From: Mobula hypostoma | Lineage: Eukaryota | Length of the DNA: 64,000 nucleotides | Assembly (NCBI RefSeq): GCF_963921235.1 | Contig: NC_086097.1 | Coordinates: forward strand, 128,838,001-128,902,000 | Reading direction: 5' to 3' | In this document: positions 49,501 to 62,689 of the stretch, in pieces | Position numbering within the stretch: the first letter of the stretch is position 1 | How the letters are laid out: every line of letters starts with the position of its first letter | Position numbers and translations under genes: made by a program | Notes under the pieces: generated by a model | What the model was told of the DNA's origin: nothing | Databases searched by the model: none | What the model saw: only the letters and a program-made list of their open reading frames with translations

Positions 49501-50518
49501 TAACATGACAGGAACAGCAATGGTCAATGTAGTAAGAACCCCAAGTAATATTGAACCACATACATAAAGGATCCAAGCTCTGCCACATTTTCTGGCACCA
49601 TCACCTTTACCATAGCAAGTTACCTTCCAAGCAGTATTTAAATCAAATGAGAATCCATCTTCAATAAACTTTCTGAAGATCTATTCGACTGAAGAGATTG
49701 TCAGTTCCTTATGGTTAGACAAATCTTTATAAATAAAACAAGGGTATTTTTTTCTGTGAAACTGTATTAAATATGTAAAGAAAAGAAAGCATTGTCTCAT
49801 AACACCAAAACATTGGATGTCTCTCAGTAATAATAAAACAGAAATGTCAACTTCACTTCTGACAATGGGTTGGAGCTGCTGTTTTATTCCTTTAGGTGTC
49901 ACTCAGCATATTGGCTCCTATTTTGTATCCCAGATAGGCTAGCGTGCATCTTCATACGTTGTGAGTTTATTTTTGTTCAAAATTTTACAGCAAAGCTGCT
50001 AAGGGTGTCTGAAGCACGTATCCATAAATAATTAGCATTAGCCAACTGAGAGATTATCCGATACATTACGGGAACTGTGAGCACAAAAAGTGCACAAATG
50101 CTAATCTGCAGATACGAACACTGTTGAGTCAAGACTGAAGTAACTGCTAAATTTCCCCTACTGACTGAGGTTTTCCAACAACTTTGGATGCCTTTCAAAT
50201 TCTCGATTATTTCCCTAAGTTATACAAATATTTGATCTGGTTTATAAAGAATAGCTTCATAATTTAATCTCTGATAGTGCATTGGAAAAAGGAATGTGTG
50301 TCACAAACACCATAAAATTGCAACAAGGCCGAGGTATGTTTCTGACCTTAGGTTCTGCCTCTGTGGAGATTGCATATTCTCCTTGAGTTTTCCTTGAATG
50401 CTCCAGTTTCCTCCCACATCCAGTTAACATACTGGTTAGTAGGCGCCTGGTAGGAGAGTCAAGGTGGAGTTGACATGCATATGATAAAGAATAGGTCACT
50501 GGGAAATAAGTGAGAGAA

Positions 50519-50933
50519 CACAAGAGATTCTGCAGATGCTGTAAATCTAGAGTAACACACACACACACACACACAATGTTGGAGCAACTCAGCAGGTCAA
50601 GCGTCTATGGAGAGGAATAAACAGCTGATGTTTTGGATCAAGACTCCTCGTTGGTGGTGATGCAATTTTATGGTGTTTGTGACACACATTGCTTTTTCCC
50701 AGTGCACCATCATTGATTAAATTATGACACTATTCTTTATAAACCAGATCAAATATTTGTACAACTTAGGGAAATAATCAAGGATTTGAATGCCATCCGA
50801 AGTCAGACAGTCAAGAAAGCTTAGCACAGCTACTTCAGTCCTGATGAAGGGTCTTAGCCCAAATCATCAACTGCTTATTCCTCTCTATAGGTACTGCCTG
50901 ACCTGCTGAGTTCCTCCAACATTGAGCGTGAAT
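50519..50933. mobile_element. Palindromic Penelope-derived element carrying an inverted copy of flanking DNA, with 12-bp TSD
   Basis: TSD TAAGTGAGAGAA at 50507-50518 and 50934-50945; left arm 50519-50645; insert ~50646-50840; CTGATGAAGGG core at 50841; right arm to ~50930. Confidence 0.85.
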
Positions 50934-51464
50934 TAAGTGAGAGAAGATTTCTCTCAAACTCGATGGGCCAAGTGTTAGGAAAAATTAGAAATATGGTAGA
51001 CCCTTATCTTGAGATTCCTCATTACCACTTAGCTAATATTGGTTCCATGCTCACTGGTTTCCAACCAACATTAGTAATGAGAAATATCACATGTCATTCT
51101 GAAACTCAGGTCATAAGGAATACATTGATTATTATATCTTAATTTCTTAAGTCAGGAATTTCCTTTCAAATCACGAAATGGAGAGAAATGTTTAAGTGGA
51201 CTATTTGGTGCAATTGTGCTTTATGTCCTATTTTAGCTGTTATTGAAGTGTGCTGTTTAAAATCGGCTTTTTGTTTGGAGTCGCAGTCGAATTTGCGGAG
51301 GAGACCTCATGCAGTTCGGGGAGGGAGAGATTTAAAAAAGGGCTGTTGTGGGATTTTGGCTTTAACAGACAAAGAATGAAGAATGATGAAGAAGATGGAA
51401 TTCTACAAATTCCCTCTCTTGGGGCCCAGCACCAACCTGATTTTCCCAATCTTCCAGCATATTG

Positions 51465-52060
51465 AAATCTCCCATGACTGTTGTAACATTGCCCTTATTT
51501 AATGGCTTTTTCTATCTGCTGTTGTAATTTGTAACCCACATCCTGGCTACTGTACAGCAGCCTGTATATAACTCACATCAGGGTTTTTTACTTTTGCAGT
51601 TTCTTAACTTTACCAACGAGGGTTCTACATCCTCTGATCCCATGTCACCTCTTCCTAAGGAATTGATTTCATTTTTTACCAACAATGCCACCCATCCCCT
51701 CTGCCCTCTGCCTACTTGCCTGTCCCTTTAATATAATATATATTCTTCGATGTTCTATGATCTTGTTTCAACCACGACTCAGTGATGCCCACAATGTTAT
51801 ACCTGTCAATCTCTAACTGTGCTACAAGACGATCTACCTTATTCTGTATACTGTATGCATTCAAATATAACACTTTCAGTCCTGTATTCATCATCCTTTA
51901 TGATTTTTCCCCCATGTTACACTTCAACTCATCCCACTGTAACCAATTTTGCTCTGTCATCTGTCTGTCTTTCCTTGTACAATGCATCAACTTGTATATC
52001 AATTACCCCATCCTCAGTCCTATCAGTCTGGCTCCCATCCCGTGCCAAATTAGTCTGGCC
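51465..52060 (-). mobile_element. CR1 ORF2 endonuclease fragment
   Basis: LKVLYLNAYSIQNKVDRL...IVGITESWL (51712-51894); MGDFN near 51470. Confidence 0.85.
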
Positions 52061-54012
52061 TCCACACAAGCTATCCTGTTTAAAATGAGACATTTCGTCA
52101 CACCACAGCATGCAACCTGTCACAGATACTCAGAAGGGTTACTCACAACTTACAGAAAGAAAATGCCAAGTTGCCTTAATATAGTACATGTAAGTGGTTA
52201 TTCAAATTAATTATACAATTTAATTGTGGAACATTTTAGCATCAGTGATATTTCAAATGTCTCATGAAGATGTTATTACAAACATCAGTTATTTTTAAAA
52301 GCAATGACTTGAGACAATATTTCAAGCATTAATGGTATAATGCTAGTCTGTAACTTCTTGTCAATCATTATACTTGTCATTACAAAAATTATTCCTTGGG
52401 TCAATTTGAACAAATTGGTTCCATCCTCAACAAATTTCCTCTATTTTAAAGCAAATTTAGGGCACATTGTAAGCTTAAATGGTTTAATCACCATGTGGTT
52501 TAACCTGCAGTTCATTGCAATGTTTCAATTGCTCGATATAATTTATCACAGATAATTTTAGTTCATTTATGCAGTTAATATCTTCTTGTTTTTTTTCTGA
52601 ATTCATTCTCTGTGTGTCACTTTCAATTAACTTTCAAACCCAAGTAAGTACATTATCTGATCTACATATCAAATTTTAATGCTTCAAACTGCCTCCTATT
52701 TACCATACATTAATGCTCTTGTTACCACTTACTGCCTGATACACTGCCAATTCACTACCACTAGCTAAACTGTGTGCACCAAAAAAAAATTGCATGCCCT
52801 TAGCACATACCTAATGACTGTTTGACTGCCTATTCTCCTTGCTGCATCTCATTGGCCCATACCGCTTACTGCTGTACAGTCAGAATTAGATACCTGGATC
52901 AGGTTCATATCTCACACCTTGAGAAAGCCTGATCGCTGCCTGTAGTTTAACTTGCAGCAAGTTCCAGTTACTCCTTCTCCTCTAACTTAATCAGTCTGCT
53001 ACCACCTCAGTACCTGACCCAAACCAAGTGTCAGGTCGAGTCAGGAATAGGCAGGCGCTCATGAAGTATTTGTGCAAGAAGAGATTAAGAGATGTAGACA
53101 GAGAAGGGGAAAGTAAGAGATTGACTGGTAGAGAAAGGAAGAGAGAGAGAGAGAGAGAGAGAGTGTGCATACATGCAGGTATGTGTGTGAGAGAGTGTGT
53201 ATGTATGTGTTCATGGGATGTTTGACAGCACTAAAGTGACTATATAAATGTAGGTTGTTATTGCTATTGCAGAGGGGGTGAAGAGCCCAATTCACGTCCT
53301 CTTGTACTTCATATTCACCTCTCAGTATGGCCGTTGGTCATGCAACATAGGTTCAGGTAAGTGACTGCACCCAGATTCAGAGCGTGCTTCACACAAAACC
53401 TATTCTGTTTGCGACTAATACTGGAAACAAAAATACCACAACAAAGAGATTCCAGATGCAAAATGTCCTTTGTAATCTCCTGCTTGTGGCCAAATCTCTG
53501 CTCACTTTAACTTACATACATGAATGAGTTCACCTCATATAAAATAATTCATAGTGGCACTCAAAATAAGCTTGTTACAATCCTACTACCACTTTCCAGC
53601 ACAAACCTCCAAAGGAACTCAGGTAATTCCCTTAATTTGATCCAGCCCTAAGTTTACTATGGGATGTCTAATGATATACTAACCTCATCCGAATTTTATC
53701 TCTGCAGAGGATCTAGGACAGACAGAATAGAATGTGAGAGTGGAGATTAAAGAATCATTTAGTTGATCTACCTCTCCTGCATTCTATATTATCCATAACA
53801 GCCACATCAAAGTGATAGCTTAGCTTCTTCGTAGCTGAGGAAGCAAGGACAGTTATGACAGTAAAGGGAAACATGACCACTGAACAGTATGCCAAACTTT
53901 CCATTAGCCAACACTGGCCCTTGGATTCTACCAACAGACAAATAGTCCTACTGCCTCAGGAAAGCAGCTAACATGATCAAGGACTTCTCCCACCCCAGTC
54001 GTTTCCTCTTCC

Positions 54013-54215
54013 TGTTATGCTTGTGGTACTGGGAAGCTGGGTAGCCGTGAACAACACAGAGAAGAGACGGAGAGGAGAGAAACAAACGTGCAGCTGTTGA
54101 TTTTGCTTGTAAGTCACCTACCCAGATCGTTCTGTCACATATCACATCCAGTACATAGCACACAAGGAAGCTTGACAATACTCATAAGAGTCAAAATATA
54201 CATGAATACATAACA
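54013..54215 (-). repeat. 3' LTR of the Gypsy element; PPT at 54216-54230
   Basis: TGTTATG...CATAACA termini; aligns end to end with 57998-58199; adjacent minus-strand AAGCGGGGAGGGGTA purine tract. Confidence 0.9.
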
Positions 54216-57200
54216 TACCCCTCCCCGCTTATTGTAAAGGTTTCTGCCCCTTCCCATATGCAGACCAGCTGCGGAACTATTAACATTCAATGAAATAATC
54301 ATCAAAGTTAACCAACAACAAAAACATTTCTTTTTCTAAAGTAGAGAAAGAGGGTAGATGGCCTGTATTCCTAGACATAATGGTGGGGATTATTCTGTCC
54401 CATGTGCAGAGGGATGATCACTAGAGACTCAGTCTGTCTGGAGGCTGCCTGTTCCTGTGAAGGGTACTGACAACCCAGGGATGACGCCAAAGTCATTTTT
54501 ATCTCTTAGTGCTGTACGTATAGATCTTAGCTTGGGTACTGCATTGTCAATAGGGGGCATCTCAGGTGATGGGGGAGCACAGGCTATGTCATTTAATCTT
54601 AACAGAGGTTCTGCAATCATTATCTCAGAATCTTGCCCCAGTTCCACACTGGATCTGGATTGGTCAGTTTGTGTTGGTTTTCAGCAGCCTCAGAAGTGGG
54701 CAACAGCTGAGAACATGCTTTCTCCAGATGTTGTGGTTACTAGTTTCCACTGTATACAATACAGAACCAGTTTGTGCCACCACTGTCACAGGTATCCACC
54801 TGGGGGTTCCAGGTATGTAGATCTGGGGATGTACTCTCTCTCCTGCTGTGAAACTTTTGTACTGCACTTTGGCACATCTCTGCTTGGGTTTTCTATTCAT
54901 TTGGTACAATCTGTTTGTGCTTGGGGTCTAAGCAGGTCAAGCCGGGTGTGAAGATGGAACTTAGCTCCGGAATGCATTTTTCAGATGTAGAGCTCTTCAT
55001 GATGACAACCTCGGGCTACTTGCTGAGTGTACCCACTACAACAAAGAACATATGCCCTTCTACGGGTCCTGCAAAATCTATGTGAAAACAATAGAGTAGC
55101 TCCATGATAAGCATCCTGTTTGGACTGTGAGCTCCTTCCATCCAACCTGGTAACATTTCAATTCTATAGTTGGCTCTCCTTTCCATTCATGAGTTACCAT
55201 GTCCACCACTTTAATAGAACAGGGTCAGTATGTGTGCGCTTCTGGACTTGTGCCACAGTTATTGGCTTTGTTGGTACTTCCTTGAAGTAAAAGATCTCTT
55301 TCGGGGATGGCACTGGAGACGTAACAGCTAATGGGAGCAAAGCCCAATGTTGCATTCAGCCAGCAAAGGAATACCCATATGTGGACCAAAAATTGACATC
55401 AAGGGGCAACGATCTATCAAAGACAATTGTGAGTGCTTTCCACTTAATCAGGGCATAGTAGCTTTGTACCTTGCATAATGTCCTTATGCGAATGCAATCA
55501 GATGCTCTTCACCCACGCATGATATGTGAGACAACTGCCCCCAACACCATAAGATGGGGTGTTGCAGGCCAACTGTATGGGCAATGATGGGTGAAGTGTG
55601 TGATTACTTCAGATTGCGTCAAAACTGTTCTGGCCTTTTTAAAAGCCTCTTCACAGTAATCTGTCTACTACCAGTGTGCTGACGTAGTTAAAAGCTCGTG
55701 AAGTGATTTCAGTATGCTAGTTAGGTTAAGAACAACATTTGCTTAGTATGTTCATAGTCTTCAGAGAGATCTTAATTGACTTACATTCTGTGGTGATGGG
55801 GCTTCCACAATTGCCATCACCTTTGATGACACCTTGTGAAGCTCTGAGTTGTGGATCACATGGTCCAAATATTCAATTGAGGGTCAAAAGAACTCATGGT
55901 TGTTCTTCTGGACCCTTAGCCCATAGTCCATGAGTCTTTGCAGTGTAGCATCCAAGTTTTGAAAGCTGCTCGTGCTCATTTTTCCCAGCAATAAGCAAGT
56001 CATTCAAATAACATTGCAACCCTGTCAACCCAGTCAGGATCTGGTCCATCGCTTGTTGACAAATTGCAGGGGCCTAGGAGATGCTAAATGGAAGCCTACA
56101 GTACCTGAACCTTCCTTTGTGAGTCACTATAGTCAACAGTTCTTGTGACCCTGGCCACACGTGCATCTGTAAGTATGCTTGACACAAATCAATCTTGCTA
56201 AATATCTGTCCTCCAGCCAAACCTGCAAAATGGGTCATCCGTGAAGGGAAGAGGGCATTGTTCAACTGTAAGAACCAAGTTAATGGTTACTTTGAAGTCT
56301 CCATAAAGCCTTAAAGACAAATCCTTTTTTTGGGACAGGAACTACTAGAGTTACCTATCTACTTACACACAGTAGTTCTATTCTCTTACTCTGAACCAGT
56401 CTTTCCAATTCAGCTTCCACCTTTGGTTTGAGGGTGTATGGGACAGGTCTTAGCTTCAGGCATTTGGGTGTTGTGTTGGGCTTAAGAGCCAGTTTAACAG
56501 AGATTCCTTTCGTACTGCCTAGTTCTCCGTGAATATTTCTGCGTGTTTCTTCAATACCCCTAGTAGACCAGTGCTCCTACCAACCAAGTACACTTTGTAC
56601 CAGTTGCGTTTGAGCTGCTCCAACCATAAGTGGCCCAGAAGTGCTGGATAACTACCTTTAACAATATACAGTGGAAGTTTCTTTCTCAGTTTGTTAATCT
56701 CCACTGTAACATGTACTGCTCCTGTCACTGGAACAAACTTATCAGTGTCAGCCTTTGAAGTCAACCCTGCCCCTTCCGGGGTGAAAAGCTGCAATTTTTC
56801 TTTGTAAGCTGTCAATGACACCAGCAATACTGCAGCAGCCTCGTCCACCTGCATCCTCACTATAGCCCCATCCAACTGTGGAGTCACCGAATAGTTGTCT
56901 TTGTGTCCTGAAACAGATAAAGCATGCAAAGCTTCTTCAGCCACAGAGTGAGAGTCACGCAGTCCATCCCTTAGTATGCTCCATCTTGTTCAAATGTTTC
57001 TTTACTGTTTTATCCAAGTAATTTTTCTTTATTACAGTGTTTTTGGTTGACAGCATCTTTTTACATTTACAGGCTAGTTCAACATGTTCCTTTTTGCTGC
57101 AGCTTCAGCAATCTAAATTCTTATACCGGCATTCTTTTGCTGAACACCCAGTTTTGTCACAACAGTAACACTGATGGCCAATAGGTGTCTTATTCTTATA

Positions 57201-57997
57201 GTCAGTAGAAACTTCATGAACTTGGGAAAATGTGCTTAAAAGCCGCGCTTCTTTAGCTGCCATCTCCATAGATGTACTAATCTCAAATGCCTTCTGCAAT
57301 GTTGGTTTGTCTTCTGTAAGCACACTTTTCTGAATTGCCTTACCTTGCAAATTACATACAAGTCGATCACGTAACCTGTCACTTAGAGACTGTCCAAAAT
57401 CACAATGTTTAAACAATTGCTTCAGCATTGCCACAAAGTATAAAACAGACTCACCTTCCTCTTGATCCCTTTCATGAGATCTAAATCTCTCAGCAATAAT
57501 CAAAGGCTTAGTGGTCCTTTAACACTTTCACTATGTCCTCACAAGGGCTATCAACAGGCTTAGCAGGTTGCACTAGACTGTGTAATTAGTTAAACGTTTT
57601 TGCGCCCATCACAGTCAGAAAACTGGAACATGAATATCATCTGAAATTTGACTTGCCAGTGTAAAACTTTCAAATCTTTCAGAACTACATCACTCTGTCT
57701 TTTCATCATATGGCCCAATACTTCCAAACATTGACATCATTTTCAAACACAAGTTTAACATTCCAGAAAAGTTAACTACTCTTATCTGTCTCTCTCTCTC
57801 TCTTATTTGCTTTATTTAACTGTCCCATTCTCATTCTTTCCCCTCGGATTCTTCACTCACCATGCTTCTTGCAGCCGGCTTCTGTGCGCTCACCCCTACC
57901 GCACAGCGGTACACCGCTGGCATTGCGCATGGACTTTTCTTGCCGAAGGGAGCAAAACAATAAATGTCACGTGAGGACTTGTCTCCTCATCACCAGT

Positions 57998-58199
57998 TGT
58001 TATGTTAGTGGCACTGGGAAGCCAGTTGGCCATGAATAACACACAGGAGAGACGGAGAGGTGGGGAACAACCATGTTGCTGCACACTTTACTTGTAAGTT
58101 ACCTACGTGGAATTCCCTCTCACGTTACATTCAGTATTCAACACAACGGGAAGCCTGACAGCAATCCATGAGGGTCAAAGTATATAAGAATACATAACT
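57998..58199 (-). repeat. 5' LTR of the Gypsy element; PBS at 57984-57995
   Basis: TGTTATG...CATAAC(T) termini; minus-strand TGGTGATGAGGA follows the LTR after 2 nt. Confidence 0.9.
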
Positions 58200-59058
58200 G
58201 TTACTTCCCCTCCCATCAGTCAGCTGGTGACATTGTTATAATTATTTAATGGCATGTCTGGGTGGGATACAAAATAAAATCTTTTCACTTGTATCTTGGT
58301 ACATGTGACAATAATAAATCAATACCAGTATCAATATTCTGTGCTCACTGGGAAAATGCAGACATCTCTTTCTCCCTTATTAGGGAGAGAGAGAACCTGC
58401 AGTATGTCCAATACTAGGTGAAACGTGAAGGTTTTGGGTTAACTGCATGTCTGTGTCTTCGTTATTGCTTTGCTCATGCTTGACTGCTCGGTGGCAGTGC
58501 TGATGCTTGCTTTTTCTTTGCCGGTGGGGGTGGGGGGAGGGGGGAATTGTCGCTAGCTGCCGTTCACGTGCGGTTGGGGCAGCTTGCCCCACCCAAACAG
58601 GCACTATGGTGAGGGAAATTCACTACCCCTGATGATATCCTGATGCTTTTCTTATAGTACCTATGTCTCAAATAGAGAGCGTAGGTTTAAGGTGAGCAGT
58701 CTGATGTTAGGCGGAGGTGAAATGAGGGGTAAATTATCCACACAAAGAGTGCTCGGATGAGGGTAGCTCCAACAATAAAAAAAAGTCAAAACCATGCAAG
58801 ACAAAGCAGCCTTGTAGATAGACACCCTATCCATTACCATTCACTTACTCCCCACCAATGCGCAGTAGCAGCAATTTGTACCACCTACAGGGTGCAGTAC
58901 AGCAACCATTAATTTTGGAATTTATAGTAATTTTAGCATCCTTACACTGTCCCTCTGCCGCAGAACAGAGAGTCTCAAGTCATATAAGACTGTGATAATA
59001 AACCTAATTCTGATTATGAAGACAACAAGAGAAAATCTGCAGATGCTGGAAATCTAAG

Positions 59059-59632
59059 TGTAACCCCCAGGCCCGGCCAGCACGCGTTTGTCTAGGGGAA
59101 GACAACTTCAGGCCCGACCAAACCGAGAAATCTCGTTTATGTGGATGCTGCGTGATGTGCTGCCCGGTTACAAATCCACACCACAAAATATCAGACCATA
59201 CATCATATGCAATTAAATGACTGAACTTTATAAACCTTAATCTGAATATAGGGTTAGTAAAGAAAATAAAAAGGGCCCATTTTAAGGAAAAACGTCAAAA
59301 GTACATGTTGGAGCTCACTGATATGGCTATTCATCAACCATTGGCCTCCTCCAAGTGTCGCCAACCTTTGGACCCTCATTCCCAGTCCACTGTCCAGTCA
59401 TCTCCCAGCTCCCTCCATACACGTCTCTCTTCTTCTTCTCTCGCCGACAAAAGACTGCGAAAATCTCTCTTCCAGACTCACAAGAAAGAACAACATCCCT
59501 CTCATTGGATAACATGCATTCCAAAGTCCCAGTTATCTCTAGTCATAACCCAAACATTGCTGCTACTGAGAAACCATTCATTAGCAGTGAAACATTACAG
59601 AGAGGCCATTACATTAGCAGTGAAACCTTACA
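59059..59632. mobile_element. Probable solo LTR inserted in a Penelope-derived arm
   Basis: TGTAA...TTACA termini; flanks TAAG / AAAG; host arm GCTGGAAATC..AAG|TAATACACACAAAATG is continuous across it. Confidence 0.7.
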
Positions 59633-59979
59633 AAAGTAATACACACAAAATGTTGGAAGAGCTCAGCAGATCAGGCATCATCTATGGAAAAGAGTAAACA
59701 GTCAACGTTTCGGACCGAGACCCTTCGTTAGGACCTTCCAAGTCCACAACCTCAACTAGCTTAAAAGGACAAAAACAATTAAAGCATGGGAACACCACCA
59801 CCTCAAAGTTGCCATCCAAGACATACACCATTCTGACTTGGAAATATATTGCCATTTCGTTTTCCAATCCTGGGTCAAAATCCTGGAACTCCCTCTCTAA
59901 TGGGTAAGCTCACACCTTTGCAACAATTGAAAAAGCCAGCTCACCATTTTCTCAAGGGTAGTTGGGAATAGTCAATTGA

Positions 59980-61430
59980 ATTGAATTTATTGAAATCTTA
60001 CATCCATCCCATAATATATGGAAGTAAACTTCCTTGCATTATGACTCCGCTGCCATGTACGCACATCTGAATTTATAAGTCTAATGGCTCGCAGAACGAA
60101 GCTGTCCCATGGCGTTGGTCCTCGTGTTAATGCTGCGATAACGTTTGTCAGACGAAGCAGCTGAAACAATTTATGGTTGGGGTGACTGGTGTGCCCAGTG
60201 ATCTTCCAGGCCTTCTTTACACACCTGCTGCTGTGAGTGTCCTCAGTGGAGGGAAGTTCACATCCACGGAGGCACTGGACTGTCTGTACCACTCTCTGCA
60301 GTACCCAGACCAGGTGTTGATACAGCCAGTCAGGCTGTTCTCAATGGTGTTCCTGTAGAAGGTCTTGAGGATTTGGGGGCCCATGCCGAACTTCATCAGT
60401 CACCTGAGGTGGAAGAGATGCTATTGTGCTTCTTTTGCACACAGCCAGTGTGTACAGTCCAGGTGATATCATTGGTGATGTGTATACTGAGGAACTTGAA
60501 ACTGCTCATCCTCTCAACTGCAGTCCCATTGATGTTCATCAGGGTGAGCCTGTCTCCATTCCTCCTGTAATTCACGATCGGACATTGAGGAAGAGGTTGC
60601 TATCTTGACACCACTGTGCCAGAGTGTTAACTTCTCCACTGTAGGCTGTCTCATCACCACTAGAAATAAGGCCTTTCAATGTTGTGTCATGTGTAAATTG
60701 GATCAGTAGATTGTTGCTATGTGTGGCAGCACAGTCGTGGGTGTACAGGGAGTAGAGGAAGGGACTCAGGACACAACCCTGGGGGGGGCATCTGTGTTTA
60801 GGGCCAGAGGGCAGAGGTGAGGGAGCTCATCCTTACCACCTGTCAACAATCCAATAGGAAAGCTAGGATCCAGATGCACAGGGCAGGGTGCAGGCTGAGG
60901 TCTCTGAGCTTCCTGTCAAGTCTGGTGGGAATTATGGTGGTTGAATGCTGAACTGTCGTACAGGAACAGTATTCTAATGTATGCATCCCTCTTCTCTGGG
61001 TGAGTGAGGATGGTGTGTAGTGCTGTGGTTATGAGGTCACTGGTAGACTGGTTCCATTGGTAGGTGAATTATAGGGGTCCAGTGTGGGTGGTAGCATGCT
61101 TATAATTGAAGTGAGTGTGACAGGGCACCAATTGTTCAGGCATGCTACCTTGGACAATGATAGATAATTTGAAATAGGAAGGCACTACACACTGGGAGAA
61201 GGAGAGATTAAAAATGTCCGTAAACGCACTGGCCAGCTGTTCAGCACACACTCTGAGGACCCGCCCTGGGATGCCTTGCAGTTGTTGACACGTTGGAATG
61301 TCCTACGTACCTCAGCCTTGGAGGTGACCAAGGAGAAGGTCTCGTCGGCGGCTCTCCCTGGGGGTTCAGTTTTATCAACCTTGAATCGAGCAAAAGAAAC
61401 ATTTAGCTTGTCCAGGAGTGAGGCGGCAAT
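59980..61430 (-). mobile_element. Decayed Rex1/Babar LINE
   Basis: CAEQLASAFTDIFNLSFSQCVVPSYFK (61069-61251), PQGCVLSPFLYSLYTHDC near 60740-60785, HPNHKLFQLL; (TTGAA)n tail at 59975-59995. Confidence 0.9.
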
Positions 61431-62689
61431 TAAATGCCAGCTCAGCCTGGGAGGCCAACATCCCTTTAATGAATAAAAAAAAAGCTGGCATCAGGAAAGA
61501 GCTCCTGGAGGAGATGAGGAGGCAGGCACTGTACAATATCTAAGAGGTATCTGAACAAGTAGTTGAATGAGCAGCACATAAAGGGATATGGAATTAATGC
61601 AGGCAAGTGGAATTAGTCAGACAGGCACAATGATCAGCTTAGACTTGATGGGCCAAAGGGCCTATTTCTATGGATCAAGGCTTTTGCTAAGCTGACACCA
61701 TGAAGGACCACAGGTTGTGTTGATCAATGCTTGCTCTCAACAGGGAGTGAAGGACAGAAAGGGGGCATGACCATTTTCTCTATACTTCGATCAAGAAACC
61801 CACACCAATGTCAGACTCTACTCAACATACTCAGGTTCCCTGCTGCTGACACAGGAGACAATGGTCTTTCTCAGGCAAACAACAGCTGCACTTGGTAGTG
61901 TTAAGGAGCCTTTTCCCCTGAAGAAGAGGATGGCTGCATTTTAAAATCATTGCTGCCACCCTACCTAATGAAGTTGGAAGTGCAGGGTGATTTCTATCTC
62001 TGCATATTGAATCAACTTCTATCTTTGTAAGTTCTAAAGGTAGATCCACGGGGACGGGCTGCAATATCTAACCATGTTGAGGGAGTGAATTAAGGTCTGT
62101 AGAAAGCCACTTATCCTGATTAAGCTTGGGTAAGCTTGTCATTTTGAATGTCTCTGTTAGTTCCACTCCCTCATCTTGTCAATTTCTCTGAGTGATTCCA
62201 AGTTTGATTATCGATAACCTCCTGAGAATTTGTCTGCCTATTTTAGAAAAACAGAGCAAACAAAACTGGAAAATCAGAGTGTTCTCCATTGACATCTGCT
62301 CCCGGGAAGTCCAACTGAAACAGATGGCTCAATGGATGTTTAGCATAAAACGACACAGGTTTTTCTCTATGTACAGGTAAAGTAACTGTTTCTTTGACAT
62401 AACTTCCCATGGAGAGGATTCTATCCAGATGCATCACAGCTTGTTATGGCAATTGCTTTGCCCAAGACTGCAAGCAATTGCAGAATTGTAAGTGCAGCCA
62501 AGTCCATCACACAAACCAGCCTCCTCCGCACCCTGCTACCTCGGCAATACAAAAGCAGCTAACGTTATCAAGGGCTCCTCTCACTCTGGCAAATTCTTTC
62601 CTCTCCCCTGCATTTGGAAGAAGACATAAAAGGTTGAGAACACATACCATCAGGCTCAAGGACAGCTCCTATTATTGAAAACACATATT

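Larger units (their letters stand above)
54013..58199 (-). mobile_element. Decayed Ty3/Gypsy LTR retrotransposon (gag-PR-RT-RH-IN)
   Basis: gag IAERFR..R.QEEGESV...LRDRLVC with zinc knuckle (57105-57503); protease region (56519-56944); RT FSKIDLCQAYLQM...RLPF (56074-56265) and YLND; integrase IDFAGPVEGHMFFVVV near 55050; C-terminus PRWIPVTVVAQTGSVLY. Confidence 0.95.

Noticed and set aside
54664..57740. Domesticated gag/pol gene or endogenous retrovirus
   Set aside because: Many stops, frameshifts and deletions; no env-like ORF; domain order and motifs are Ty3/Gypsy.
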